A stretch of 64,000 nucleotides of DNA from Candidatus Cloacimonadales bacterium (GTDB taxonomy: Bacteria > Cloacimonadota > Cloacimonadia > Cloacimonadales > JAIOQZ01), in assembly GCA_963674825.1 (NCBI GenBank), contig OY771587.1, forward strand, positions 2,880,001-2,944,000. Direction: 5' to 3'. This document shows positions 39,375 through 50,113 of the stretch, one piece after another. Under the pieces are notes generated by a model. That model did not search any database. It saw only the letters and a program-made list of their open reading frames with translations, and was not told the DNA's origin. Position 1 is the stretch's first letter. Every line of letters starts with the position of its first letter. Made by a program: the position numbers and the translations under genes.

Positions 39375-42300
39375 CTATTCTCGACCCACAACTTGTGAGC
39401 GTATCGGTTCATTGGAGGCTGTTACCAAGTAGTAGCCTTTCGTTTGCGTGACTGGTGGTTCCCAGTGGGTTGCAGCAATCATTGCGACCGGAACTCCCCA
39501 GTTTTCGGTATATGGATCCTGAGAGTGGTACACTTTGTATGAGACCGCTCCAGGTACAGCATCCCAGGTCAGCGTTATCTCATCAGACTCAACGATGATC
39601 ATCAAGTTCTGCGGTGCTGTAAGCGCTCCGCTTTGCCATGGATTGAACAAGACTGCGCCATAGGATACGTTTTCGTCGTTATCGTAAAGGTGTGAATCGA
39701 TGGTTAGTGAATCGCTATATGCCCAGATATTGTAATAGGCGTTGATATCGTAGCTGCTGTTGTTCATGATCTGCCATTCACCACCGTCGTTGTCGTGGAT
39801 ATAGTTGTTGCCCATATCTTCTGCAATTAAGTTTCCGAAGTTCGGATGGCAGTACCCCTGTATTAAAACACCGTAGTCGAGATTGTCGGCGATGATCGAA
39901 TTACGCACGGTCAGATTGGTGGTACCAATCCAAATCCCATATTGCTGGCTGTCATTGCATGAGCCGTGATTGAATGAGCAGGCTGAATCGGCATTGAGGA
40001 ACCTCAGGTTTGCGTCAATGCTGCTGGTGTTACCTCCGTAACGAATGTCGCAGTAGTCAAACTGCGCAAGCCCTACGTTGCCAGCATCCCCAACTACATA
40101 GATACCGGCCCAGTCACCTGGAGCTGGTTCTGTAGCATCAGCGTCGTTATTTGTGTCACCGCAGATGGTGTCATCTTTGAGTGAGGTGAAAGTAACTTCA
40201 TTGCCGTCTGTACCACTTACTTGCATCGTGCCATAAACGTAGAGAAGTGAATTGGGTGCGCCCTTCACTACAACTGCCGGGCTAAGATTGAAGGTGGCGT
40301 CGTCCTCAACATACACATTTCCCGCGAGGATGTATGGGAAGGTCACTCCACCTGGTTCCCAGGTAACATTACCAGTAACTGTTCCTGCGACACCGAAGCC
40401 ATTGTAGCTGTTTCCAGAACCGGAATTACCTCCGCACGAATTGATTAGAGCGTTCTCAAGATAAACGGCGTAGCTGCCATTGTCCGTGAATTCGTTGTCA
40501 TTGATAGCCGGTTTGCTTGTATTGTGCTGACAATAGATGCCGTGCAGCAGATTGTTACGGATATACGAGCCGGAGATTTCAGGGCTGGCGTATTCGATCC
40601 TGATTCCATGCTGCGCACTGTATTCGCAGAGGCTGTCATTGAACCACGAATCTTCTGAATCGTAGAAGCGAAGGATTCCGTCCAAGCCGCTGGAATTACC
40701 ACCATAAGCGATGATACAGTGATCGAACTGCCCGATGCCGTCATTCTCTCCATTACCATACACATAGATACCATCCCAGTTACCAGCGGTTGCATCACCG
40801 TTATCGCCGTCAGTGTCACCAGCTCGGGAATCGTCCTTGATCGACGTGAACACAACAGGGGAGATGGATGTTCCGTTAGCATCAATGGTGCCGTAAACCG
40901 TCATGCGACTTACCCAGCCAGCTTTCACGGTAGTACCAGCCGGTAGTGTAAGCACCGAACCGTTGTTGATAGTGATCGCGCCGGTCATTATAAATGGGAA
41001 ATTGGGATCGCTGTCGTGTGACCACTCTGCGTTCATCTCGAGCGTTCCTCGCAGACCGAAACCATTGTAGCCGTTGCCAGAGCCGCTATTGCCACTATAT
41101 GACCGGAATTTTCCATCAACGATTTCCACGCCGAAGTTGCCGTTATTGAAGAAGCTATTATTGTTGATAATGGGATTGGATGTGCCGCCTTGAACGGCGA
41201 TACCGTCACGGAGGTTCTCTAAGAAGCTGCTTCCTGTGATCTCGATTGAACTCTGATTGAGCCTGATTCCTTCCTGACCACTATGATTCGATTCCCCGTT
41301 ACGGAACCAGCCTGTTGCAGTGTTGAAATAAATATTGGCGTCCACCGAGGCAGTGTTTCCTGCATACTGTAGAATTGCACCATCGTACTGGCCGTGGCTA
41401 CCGGAATTATGCTGGATGCCATACCAGTCGCCAGGAAGGGGTTCCGTTGCATCAGCATCGCTGTTTGTGTCACCACCGACAGTGTCGTCTTTCAGCGAGG
41501 TGAAAATGATGGGTTCACGTCCTTCGGTTTCAGCGATTAAGCAGCCATTCACTGCGAACCACGTAGAAGCTGTTCCCTTGGTGACTGCGCCTGGAGCGAA
41601 GGTCAGGGTATCACCAACACTTACCGTAACTGTACCTGCAAGAATGTACGGGAAGGATGTCTCTTCTGTGCTCCACACGATGTTTCCCGAACAGATACCG
41701 CTAACTCCAAAGCCGTTGATAGCGTTGCCGGAGCCGGTATTGCCCGAATAGGAATTGAACAGTGCATCCTGAAGGTATGCGCCGTAGTTACCGTTAGCAT
41801 CGAACGTGTTATTGTTGATGCTGGACATTATGGTGTTGCCCGATAAGTACAACCCATGATCGATATTGTTTCTCAGCATGCAGTTTTCCACTGTCGCGTT
41901 CGAGTTGAGGAGTCTGAGGCCCCATTTCCCACTGTACTCGAAGGTGCAATTCGTGACGGTCGATCCTTGATCATCCGCGTATAGGTAGAGGTTTGCGTCG
42001 CTGGTTCCGGAAGTGTTTCCACCATAGCGGAAAATGCAGTTGTCCAGCGTTACGATACCCTGGGCATCGCCATAACCAGAAACCCAATATCCTCTCCATT
42101 CGCCCGGATACGGCTCATCTTCTGTTCCGTTCGTGTCACCACCGTAGGTGTCGTCACGTAAGGAGGTGAAGACGATAGGTTCTTCGGGTGATCCCTGGGC
42201 AAGCAGTGTTCCGTTAATCGTGTGCTCGATGCCGGATGATTTGATGACAGTTCCCGGAGCAATCTCGAGGGTCATGTTCGTAGGAACGGTAATCGAGCCG

Positions 42301-45062
42301 GGGTGAATGAATGGATAATTGACACTCGCAGAATTCCATGAGCTCGATTCGCAAAGGATTCCGGTAAGCGCGAAGCCATTCCATACATTGCCGGCTCCAC
42401 CATTCCCGCTATAGGAGATCAAGCTACCGTTGTTGATATAAATACCATATTGGCCATTGTCGTTGCATTGGTTATCGGTAAGGTGAGTAATGGCATCAGC
42501 TCCACTGGAGTATATTCCACTATACGTGTTATTCGAGCAATTGTTGTTCTCGAACCAGCCTTCGCAGGAGATGCAATGCAGTCCGTTATGACCGCTGTAA
42601 TCTAATGTGGAATTGCGGACATAGCAGGAATCGCTCATGTTGAAGCGGATATTCGCGTCGGCGGTACCGCTGGCGTTTCCTCCATAAAGTATTGAAACCC
42701 AATCGAATCTCCCGATTCCAAGGTAATCGCCTGCCCCATTGAACGTGATGCCGAACCAGCTTCCATGTGTGGGCGTAACCTCAAGATTGTCGGTATCGCC
42801 GGAGATCGTGTCATCGCTGATGGAGGTAAACGCGATCGGTTCCGCTTCGGTACCTATGGCGTTGAGGGTACCATAAGAGAAGATTTCGCAGTTGCTATTG
42901 ACTTTCACAGTAGTTCCGGGCAAAAGATTGAGAGTGCTTGAGACCGGAATCGTCAGGTTTCCGTTAAGGATGAACGGAAAATTGGCGTAGTCCTGTGTCC
43001 AGGTTACTTCGCCGGTTGTCGTGCCATTCATTGCGAAGCCGTTGAAGCCGTTGTTATTGCCGTTCATTCCACTGTAGGAATATAAGTTTGTTCCGTTCAG
43101 GGAGGCAGCGTAGTCACCATTGTATTGAAAGAGACAATCGTTGATGTGTGGGTGCGTGTTGGTTCCGTTTGCGTAGAAACCGTTGCTCTGATTGAAGTTA
43201 AATTCACTGCGCTCGATATTGATATCGCAGGCGAGTCCCTTGACGCCGTTGAGAGCACTGTATTCAGACCAGCTATCGACAAAATAATTGTCGTCACAAT
43301 AGTAAAAATAGATATTTGCGTGGGGGTTTCCGTAACCGTTTCCACCGTAACGGATACGACAGAAATCGAAGGTGCCGATGCCGAGATTTCCGTTCACGCC
43401 GTTGAACATGATACCATTCCAGTCACCAGGTGCGGGTTCGGTGGTAGCGCTGTCGGTATCGCCACCATACGTATCGTCGTGCATAGATGTAATCACCACC
43501 GGCTCTTCAGCGGTACCGTTAACATCCATAGTACCATAGCAGTAAATCTCTGCGTTCGAGTCGCCTTTGACCAGTGTGCCGGCCGGCAGCGTGAGGCTCG
43601 CGCCATTGTTGATAGTCGTGGTGGAATTGAGGATGAACGGAAACGAATCGCTGGGATTTGTCCAGACAGCGTCACTATTTATCGTACCATGCACCGCAAA
43701 GCCATTGTACTGGTTTCCAGAACCGGTGTTCCCACTGTAGCTGATGAGCTGACAGCCGTTGATCCAGCATGCGTAATGCTGATTCCCGGTGAAGGTGTTG
43801 TTGTTTATAACAGGCGCGGTATCCGCTCCGTTGACGTAGATCCCGTTATAGAGATTGCCGATAAAATGATTTTCGGTGATCACGGGAGCGCAGAGATAGA
43901 CGCGCATCCCGTATTTACCGCTATATTCGATATAGCTGTTGTGGAAGATAGCATTTTGAGACTGCGTAAAAAACAGCCCTGCATCGAAGCTGGAATAGGT
44001 GTTACCCGCATAGCGAATACGGCAATATTCGAAGTCGCCGTTACCGGGTGCATCTTCGGAGACGTAATCGCAATTGATGCCGAACCAGTCGCCGGGCGCA
44101 GGTGAAGTGGCATCTTCATCGTTGTTCGTGTCTCCGCCGTAGCTGTCATCTATTATGGATGTGAAGATTACCGGTTCAGCGGCGGTTCCGTTTACGTCGA
44201 TATTCGAGTAAACATTGAGCGCGACACTTCCAACTACTTTAATGACGGTACCGCTGGAGATGGTCAGCGGTTGATCTTGCTCAATATTGACATTCGATGC
44301 GAGGATGAACGGGAAATCCGGATTTCCTTGCAAGTGGCTGCTGATGAGGTTTCCGGACAGGCCGATGCCGTTGAAGTTATTGCCGGTTCCTGTATTGCCT
44401 GTTATTGCGCCATAGAGGATCTGGCAATTGGAGCTCAGGTAAACAGCGTAGCCGTTGTTGCCTGAGATTGTGTTGTTCTGGAGGACTGGAATGGCATTCT
44501 GATTGATGAAGATGCCTCGATTGTTGTTATTGGAGATAACAGAATTCTGAATTTCGGGCGAGCAGTTATTTGCATAAACACCATAGTAGCCGCTGTATTG
44601 GATATCGCAGTTCGTGATTGTGCAAGTCCCATTGTCGATTCGGATATTCGCATCCTGCATGCCGTATGTGCTTCCTCCGTATCGAAGAGTGCAGTAGTTG
44701 AATCCTCCATTGCCTTCGAGATATATCCCATACCAGTTTCCCGGTTGAGGATCACCCGTTGAACCGTATATATCATCACCGACAGTATTATCGTGCATGG
44801 AGGTGAAGTAGATACGGTTGGAACTCATGCCCGGAGCTACAACATCTCCGTAGATATAGAAATTAACGTTTTGCCCGAATTTGAGGATTGCACCAGGCTC
44901 GATAGTAACGGTAGTACCGGCGTCAACCGTAAGGTTTGCGTCTATGTACCATGTCTGTCCACCCGGAATGGTCATGCCCGATATATTGCCGTTTAGCGTT
45001 CCGTAGGCGGATAGGAGATAGGGAAGAAAGAATAGAAAAACCAGGGGAAATAGTCGCCTCAT
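39375..45062 (-). CDS. Very large secreted right-handed beta-helix repeat protein with C-terminal Fn3-like domain
   Basis: Signal peptide; 8 tandem ~225-aa modules with (F/I)TSxxD(D/N)...GD....G.W.G; C-terminal APQNL.I...LTWDAV.GA.SYKVY. Confidence 0.8.
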   Translation of the reverse strand: MRRLFPLVFLFFLPYLLSAYGTLNGNISGMTIPGGQTWYIDANLTVDAGTTVTIEPGAILKFGQNVNFYIYGDVVAPGMSSNRIYFTSMHDNTVGDDIYGSTGDPQPGNWYGIYLEGNGGFNYCTLRYGGSTYGMQDANIRIDNGTCTITNCDIQYSGYYGVYANNCSPEIQNSVISNNNNRGIFINQNAIPVLQNNTISGNNGYAVYLSSNCQILYGAITGNTGTGNNFNGIGLSGNLISSHLQGNPDFPFILASNVNIEQDQPLTISSGTVIKVVGSVALNVYSNIDVNGTAAEPVIFTSIIDDSYGGDTNNDEDATSPAPGDWFGINCDYVSEDAPGNGDFEYCRIRYAGNTYSSFDAGLFFTQSQNAIFHNSYIEYSGKYGMRVYLCAPVITENHFIGNLYNGIYVNGADTAPVINNNTFTGNQHYACWINGCQLISYSGNTGSGNQYNGFAVHGTINSDAVWTNPSDSFPFILNSTTTINNGASLTLPAGTLVKGDSNAEIYCYGTMDVNGTAEEPVVITSMHDDTYGGDTDSATTEPAPGDWNGIMFNGVNGNLGIGTFDFCRIRYGGNGYGNPHANIYFYYCDDNYFVDSWSEYSALNGVKGLACDINIERSEFNFNQSNGFYANGTNTHPHINDCLFQYNGDYAASLNGTNLYSYSGMNGNNNGFNGFAMNGTTTGEVTWTQDYANFPFILNGNLTIPVSSTLNLLPGTTVKVNSNCEIFSYGTLNAIGTEAEPIAFTSISDDTISGDTDNLEVTPTHGSWFGITFNGAGDYLGIGRFDWVSILYGGNASGTADANIRFNMSDSCYVRNSTLDYSGHNGLHCISCEGWFENNNCSNNTYSGIYSSGADAITHLTDNQCNDNGQYGIYINNGSLISYSGNGGAGNVWNGFALTGILCESSSWNSASVNYPFIHPGSITVPTNMTLEIAPGTVIKSSGIEHTINGTLLAQGSPEEPIVFTSLRDDTYGGDTNGTEDEPYPGEWRGYWVSGYGDAQGIVTLDNCIFRYGGNTSGTSDANLYLYADDQGSTVTNCTFEYSGKWGLRLLNSNATVENCMLRNNIDHGLYLSGNTIMSSINNNTFDANGNYGAYLQDALFNSYSGNTGSGNAINGFGVSGICSGNIVWSTEETSFPYILAGTVTVSVGDTLTFAPGAVTKGTASTWFAVNGCLIAETEGREPIIFTSLKDDTVGGDTNSDADATEPLPGDWYGIQHNSGSHGQYDGAILQYAGNTASVDANIYFNTATGWFRNGESNHSGQEGIRLNQSSIEITGSSFLENLRDGIAVQGGTSNPIINNNSFFNNGNFGVEIVDGKFRSYSGNSGSGNGYNGFGLRGTLEMNAEWSHDSDPNFPFIMTGAITINNGSVLTLPAGTTVKAGWVSRMTVYGTIDANGTSISPVVFTSIKDDSRAGDTDGDNGDATAGNWDGIYVYGNGENDGIGQFDHCIIAYGGNSSGLDGILRFYDSEDSWFNDSLCEYSAQHGIRIEYASPEISGSYIRNNLLHGIYCQHNTSKPAINDNEFTDNGSYAVYLENALINSCGGNSGSGNSYNGFGVAGTVTGNVTWEPGGVTFPYILAGNVYVEDDATFNLSPAVVVKGAPNSLLYVYGTMQVSGTDGNEVTFTSLKDDTICGDTNNDADATEPAPGDWAGIYVVGDAGNVGLAQFDYCDIRYGGNTSSIDANLRFLNADSACSFNHGSCNDSQQYGIWIGTTNLTVRNSIIADNLDYGVLIQGYCHPNFGNLIAEDMGNNYIHDNDGGEWQIMNNSSYDINAYYNIWAYSDSLTIDSHLYDNDENVSYGAVLFNPWQSGALTAPQNLMIIVESDEITLTWDAVPGAVSYKVYHSQDPYTENWGVPVAMIAATHWEPPVTQTKGYYLVTASNEPIRSQVVGRE

Positions 45063-45297
45063 GAGTTACCTCCAGAGATGCTATGGTGTTTACAGGTTGG
45101 ATAAACTATTCTGATATCAGAAACTAATTCGTTACGAAGTGATTGTCAAGAAAAACATCCCGATTAGATTATCGGGTGACGACACCGAAAGGTTTGCATT
45201 GATTGCGAATAGGTAGGAGGTAAGATTCTCCTTGCCAAAAAAACACGGTGATCGTTAATGGGTTGATTGAAAAAAACATGATTGATGGAGGTATCCA

Positions 45298-45522
45298 ATG
45301 GATAGAGAAGCTGTAGAACAAGTCCTCAACAAAGTGCGTCCCGCGATTCAAGCGGACGGTGGCGATGTTGAACTGATCAATATTCGTGCTGATAACGTTA
45401 TCGAAGTCCGGCTGAAAGGTGCTTGCGGAAGCTGTCCGATGGCAACCCTGACTCTCAAAGCTGGCATCGAGCGCGTTCTGAAGGAAGAAATTCCTGAAGT
45501 GAAAGAAGTCATTTCGGTATAA
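45298..45522 (+). CDS. NifU C-terminal / NfuA-like Fe-S carrier
   Basis: VRPAIQADGGDVEL...LKGACGSCP...TLK.GIE. Confidence 0.9.
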   Translation: MDREAVEQVLNKVRPAIQADGGDVELINIRADNVIEVRLKGACGSCPMATLTLKAGIERVLKEEIPEVKEVISV

Positions 45523-45540
45523 GACTGCACCAATTCTTAA

Positions 45541-45567
45541 AAAGAGAGGCTCAGCCTCTCTTTTTTT
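45541..45567 (+). terminator. Rho-independent terminator
   Basis: AGAGAGGCT-C-AGCCTCTCT followed by a T-run. Confidence 0.75.
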
Positions 45568-45583
45568 CTATAGAGAGAATGCT

Positions 45584-47485
45584 ATGAAAGATTTGCTCCG
45601 CCTTTATAAGATTGCGTCCCGTTACTGGGGCTATTTCGTTGGTGGTCTGGTCACCATGATCTTCTACGCCATGTTCAGTGGTGTAAGCGTAACCATGGCG
45701 ATTCCGCTATTCGACTACGTGTTCGTGGTCGATAAAACGCATGTGCAGTACACGGATATGTCGTCAGTACTGCATGCAATGTCGGAGCAGATACAAACAT
45801 TTTTCGCAGCGCATTCCGGCTTTAGCATACTCACCGATATGTCAGCGCTGAGTCCGCTGTTCACCGATCTCAAGGCTATTATGGCGGTATCCGATTCATT
45901 CGTGCTGCTGAAAATTATCGCGATTGTTACGCTCGTGCTTTACTTCATGCGAAGTGCTTTTTTCTTCTTGGACAAAGTGATGATGGCCAATCTTCGCGGA
46001 AAGACGATCCGCGATTTGCGCAACATGATGATGGCTTCCTACTTGCGCCAGAGTATCGCGTTCTTCGGTACAAACCGCTCGGGCGACTCGCTGGTGAGGA
46101 TGGTCAACGACGGAGAAATTGTGAGCCGGCAGTACCTACAGCAGGTCTTCACCATGATGCGTAATATCATTACGGTGCTGATCTTTCTGCGGATTGCACT
46201 GTTTCTCAATTCGAAGTTATTTTTTATCAGCTTGATTATCCTTCCGCTGTTTTCGGGATCCCTCAACTATCTCGGCAACAAGATTCGAAAGTATGCGCGA
46301 CGTGTACAGAAGCAGTTCTCCAATATGTTCTCGGCGATCGAAGAGACGATGCGTAATATGAAGATCGTTAAGGCGTATGCACGTGAGGATTACGAATACG
46401 GTCGGGTAAAAGAAATTAACAAGCGCCATTTCAAGTTCTGGCGTAAGTCGGAGATTTATAACTCGATGGGGACGCCGTTTTCAGAGATCAACAGCGCTAT
46501 TACAGGTATGATCGTATTGCTTATCGGCGGCAAGATGGTGCTCAGTGGGCATGGTGAATTCACGTTCGGTGATTTCTCGGCATTCCTGTTTGCGATCTTC
46601 TCGATGCTTCATCCGATCAAAGAGATCGCCAAAGCCTATATAGAAATACGCCGCGCGGCTGTGTCGCTGGAGCGTGTCTCGTATGTGCTGAATCTGGAGT
46701 CGGAGATCGTAGACGATCCCAATCCAATTCGTAAAAAGACATTCGATGAGGGCATCAAGGTTGAGCACGTTGGCTTCAGTTATAGTGGTGAGAAGAAAGT
46801 GCTCGATGATATCGATCTGAACATCCGCAAAGGCGAGAAGGTTGCGTTGGTCGGTTCCAGCGGGTCTGGTAAGACGACGCTGGTGAATCTGCTCTGCCGG
46901 CTTTATGACACCACTTCCGGTCAGATACTTATCGATGGTACGCCGATCAGGAAAATACGCCTTAAGGATCTCAAACGCCTCTTCGGATATGTTACGCAAG
47001 ACTCGATTCTATTCTCAAACACAATTGACTACAATATTCGCTATGGTACCCTTGAAGATGTGACGGATGAGCAAGTTATCAAAGCTTGTAAAATCGCGCA
47101 CGCGGAAGAATTCATTCGCGAGCTCGACGATGGCTATAACACCATGCTGAACGCCGGAGGCTCGAATCTTTCCGGTGGTCAACAGCAGCGACTTTGCATT
47201 GCGCGCTCCATAGTTGGTGACCCGCCGATCCTTATCTTCGACGAGGCGACCAGCGCGCTGGATACAGAGTCTGAACGCAAGGTGCAGCAGGCTATCGACG
47301 ATGCTACGCGTAACCGTACCGTGATCATGATCGCACACCGTTTATCCACGATTCTTGCTTCTGACAGAATCTACGTGATGGATAAGGGTAAGGTGGTCGG
47401 TGCCGGCAGCCATGCGGAGCTGCTGGAAAGCTGCCCGAGATACCAGACACTTTATAATATGCAATTCTCCGATAATGTGAGGTAG
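45584..47485 (+). CDS. ABC exporter, MsbA-like (TMD + NBD)
   Basis: GSSGSGKT, LSGGQQQR, IFDEATSALD, IAHRLST; N-terminal TM helices. Confidence 0.88.
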   Translation: MKDLLRLYKIASRYWGYFVGGLVTMIFYAMFSGVSVTMAIPLFDYVFVVDKTHVQYTDMSSVLHAMSEQIQTFFAAHSGFSILTDMSALSPLFTDLKAIMAVSDSFVLLKIIAIVTLVLYFMRSAFFFLDKVMMANLRGKTIRDLRNMMMASYLRQSIAFFGTNRSGDSLVRMVNDGEIVSRQYLQQVFTMMRNIITVLIFLRIALFLNSKLFFISLIILPLFSGSLNYLGNKIRKYARRVQKQFSNMFSAIEETMRNMKIVKAYAREDYEYGRVKEINKRHFKFWRKSEIYNSMGTPFSEINSAITGMIVLLIGGKMVLSGHGEFTFGDFSAFLFAIFSMLHPIKEIAKAYIEIRRAAVSLERVSYVLNLESEIVDDPNPIRKKTFDEGIKVEHVGFSYSGEKKVLDDIDLNIRKGEKVALVGSSGSGKTTLVNLLCRLYDTTSGQILIDGTPIRKIRLKDLKRLFGYVTQDSILFSNTIDYNIRYGTLEDVTDEQVIKACKIAHAEEFIRELDDGYNTMLNAGGSNLSGGQQQRLCIARSIVGDPPILIFDEATSALDTESERKVQQAIDDATRNRTVIMIAHRLSTILASDRIYVMDKGKVVGAGSHAELLESCPRYQTLYNMQFSDNVR

Positions 47486-47504
47486 TGACCCTCACCCCAG
47501 CAGA

Positions 47505-47539
47505 AGTTACGAGTTACGAGTTACCAGTTACCAGTTACG
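47505..47539 (+). repeat. Heptamer tandem repeat (AGTTACS x5) between 15-bp direct repeats
   Basis: AGTTACG x2, AGTTACC x2, AGTTACG; flanked by GACCCTCACCCCAGC at 47487 and 47545. Confidence 0.85.
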
Positions 47540-47544
47540 AGAGA

Positions 47545-47836
47545 GACCCTCACCCCAGCCCTCTCCCATTTCATGGGCGAGGGAGCAGAGATCTCAATTT
47601 GCTTATGTCTGTTATATCGCATATTCGCCCGATTGCCTCGCGACGCCGTATAATACGGTTTTTCGATTGAGATGCCCTGAATTTATTTGATATCTCAATC
47701 GGAAAATCCTCTCTAAAAACAATTTCCGCCTCCACATATTTCCCGATTTATGATCTATCAAAGCGGAAATTGTATAACACCACGTCTTCGAAGTGGATGA
47801 ATACGGCTGCTCGGTCTCGAACGAATCTGCTGCGTG
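47545..47836 (+). repeat. Composite intergenic element, copy 2 (expanded, three inner hairpins)
   Basis: Same arms as copy 1; contains the copy-3 hairpin, an extra ACAATTTCCGC/GCGGAAATTGT hairpin and the copy-1 hairpin. Confidence 0.8.
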
Positions 47837-47940
47837 ACGGTGCAGGCTTGTACAAAGAAACCCAGCGCTTACGCACTGGGCTATTGATATTGGCAAATCA
47901 ATTATTGATGACTCAAGGGTAATTCCAATCCTCTTTATTC

Positions 47941-48393
47941 CTAAAACAGCACCTCTTTGAGTATCTTCGGATCGAGCCGGAACTTGGATCCCATTCCCTG
48001 GAAGAAATGATGTTCGCGTATGAGGTGGATGTTGAGCGGTGTCCACTGAACTTGCAGGTTCAGCTTGAGGTTGGTGAAATAGATAATACCCTTGCGGTAG
48101 CCACCTCCGTGCATGAATGGGCACACGAGCTTTCCGCGGAAGGTCTGGTATTCGACCTGGTAAACCTCGTCAATGACGACAGGCCCATCGTAGGAGTCCA
48201 TGGCTGCATCGGTGAAATACTGCATGCGATCAGCAAGTTCGTCAGCGGTGATTTCCTGTGCCTTGAGCTCGAGTTCGTCGGTTTCGATGATCTCGTGCAA
48301 GTGTCGCTCATCGTAGCCGAGGAAACCATCGCGAGTGAGGACGCCAGGCTGCATGCGTTCGACAATCTGTATCTCTTTCGGTGTCTGTTTCAT
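47941..48393 (-). CDS. Conserved hypothetical protein, last gene of the Nqr-like operon
   Basis: MQPG.LT.DGFLG.D.R; CPFxH and HLIREHHFF possible metal ligands; 13 bp after the nqrF-like gene. Confidence 0.7.
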   Translation of the reverse strand: MKQTPKEIQIVERMQPGVLTRDGFLGYDERHLHEIIETDELELKAQEITADELADRMQYFTDAAMDSYDGPVVIDEVYQVEYQTFRGKLVCPFMHGGGYRKGIIYFTNLKLNLQVQWTPLNIHLIREHHFFQGMGSKFRLDPKILKEVLF

Positions 48394-48406
48394 GTTGAAC
48401 TCCCTG

Positions 48407-49510
48407 TTATGCGAAGCTGTCGTAGAAGGTACGATCTTCGGTAATGCCCAGATTCTTGAGCTCTTTGGTAACGGCGCTGATCATACCCGGGCTACCGCAG
48501 AGGTAGGCCTCGGTGTTCTTGGGATCGCGCAGAAATTCTTTGAAGTAGGGGAGAACGTAACCTGTTCTACCATCCCAGTTAGAACCTTCTTCCGGCTGTG
48601 AGAGGACGGGAACGTAGGTAAAATCGGGCAGTTTTTTCTCGAACTCACGGAAATACTCGGTGAGGTAGAGATCCTTGGTGGTGCGAGCACCGAAGAAATA
48701 GACCATGCGGCGTTTGCTGCCGTGATTATGCAGGTATTCGACCATCGATTTGATGGGCGCTTTGCCCGACCCACCGGCGATGAAGAACATATCGGCTTCA
48801 GTGTCCTGGATGAGGAAATCTCCAAACGGGCCGGTAAAGCTAATATCATCGCCTTCCTTCAGGTAATCGTGCACGTAGGTGGTGCAGATTCCATCCGGGA
48901 CACGCCTGATGATGAGCTGAAGCATGCCGGGATCATCCGGGTTGCTGGAGATGGAATACGCGCGCGAAACGGCTTTCTTACTCTTCTCGTAGGGCGGCGC
49001 TTCGAGCTGCACGTATTGTCCGGCCTTGAACTCGATCTGATTTGGCTCGATCAGCTTCATAGTCAGACCCTTGATGTCGTAAGTATAATCCTCGATTTTA
49101 TCGACCTTCGCCTTGAAACGCTTGATTGCGAAGAGCTCGGGTGGAACCCATATCTTTATATCTTGCTTGACCTTGATCTGGCAGGAGAGGCGTACGTTGT
49201 CCCTCAATTCTTGCGGACTGAGGTAAGGTTTTTCTGTGGGCAGCAGCGGTCCGCCGCCGTCGAGAACCTTTACCTTGCAGTATCCGCAGCTTCCGCGGCC
49301 ACCGCAGGCAGACGGGATGAAGAGGTTGTTGTCGCCAAGCAGCGAGAGGAGCGAACTTCCACCCTCGACTTTGAGCTTCTTCTTGCCGTCGTTGATGTCG
49401 ATCTCGCACTCGCCGTAGTTGGCGATAAACCAATCGGCCAGCACCAGCAGCAGTGCCAGCAGGCCACTGATACCCGAGACGATCACGATGTTCCATAGTA
49501 TGAATACCAT
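48407..49510 (-). CDS. nqrF: NqrF-like NADH oxidoreductase (TM anchor, 2Fe-2S, FAD, NAD)
   Basis: SACGGRGSCGYC...RLSCQ, RAYSIS, GPFGDF, GGSGKAP, YLCGSPGM. Confidence 0.8.
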   Translation of the reverse strand: MVFILWNIVIVSGISGLLALLLVLADWFIANYGECEIDINDGKKKLKVEGGSSLLSLLGDNNLFIPSACGGRGSCGYCKVKVLDGGGPLLPTEKPYLSPQELRDNVRLSCQIKVKQDIKIWVPPELFAIKRFKAKVDKIEDYTYDIKGLTMKLIEPNQIEFKAGQYVQLEAPPYEKSKKAVSRAYSISSNPDDPGMLQLIIRRVPDGICTTYVHDYLKEGDDISFTGPFGDFLIQDTEADMFFIAGGSGKAPIKSMVEYLHNHGSKRRMVYFFGARTTKDLYLTEYFREFEKKLPDFTYVPVLSQPEEGSNWDGRTGYVLPYFKEFLRDPKNTEAYLCGSPGMISAVTKELKNLGITEDRTFYDSFA

Positions 49511-49524
49511 AGCGTTGATTCCTT

Positions 49525-50112
49525 CTATTGGATGACGACCACGCCGGAGAACCCGATGAACGCCAGCGCCATGATTCCGGTTATGATCAACGTGATTCCC
49601 GCACCCTGCAACCCCGCGGGGATGTATTTATCCTTCAGCTTCGCGCGGATTCCCGCCAACGCGAGGATCGCCAGCATCCAGCCAATACCACTTCCGGCAG
49701 CGTACCCAACAGTTTGCAGGAAGGTGTATTTGCGGATGACCATGAAGAGTGTGACACCGAAGATTGCACAGTTCACGGTGATGAGTGGCAAGAAAATCCC
49801 CAATGTGTAGTAGAGCACCGGCGAGACGCGTTCAATCACCATTTCGGTGAATTGCACGAAGGCTGCGATCACGATGATGTAGATGATGTATTGCAGATAG
49901 ACGATGTCCAGCGGGATCAGGATATAGTGGTAAACAAAGTAGTTGAGCACGGTGGTGATCGTGGTGACGAACACAACCGCCATACCCAGCCCGAAGGACG
50001 ATTCGATTTCTTTCGAGACGGAGAGGTAGGAGCACATCCCGAGGAAGTTGGTCAGCAGGATGTTGCTGGTGAAGATTGCCGCGACGAAGATGATGAATGG
50101 GCTCAGTTCCAT
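49525..50112 (-). CDS. nqrE: NqrE/RnfA-family subunit
   Basis: FLGMCSYL, LGIFLPLITVNCAI, ALAFIGFSG. Confidence 0.8.
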   Translation of the reverse strand: MELSPFIIFVAAIFTSNILLTNFLGMCSYLSVSKEIESSFGLGMAVVFVTTITTVLNYFVYHYILIPLDIVYLQYIIYIIVIAAFVQFTEMVIERVSPVLYYTLGIFLPLITVNCAIFGVTLFMVIRKYTFLQTVGYAAGSGIGWMLAILALAGIRAKLKDKYIPAGLQGAGITLIITGIMALAFIGFSGVVVIQ

Positions 50113-50113
50113 G

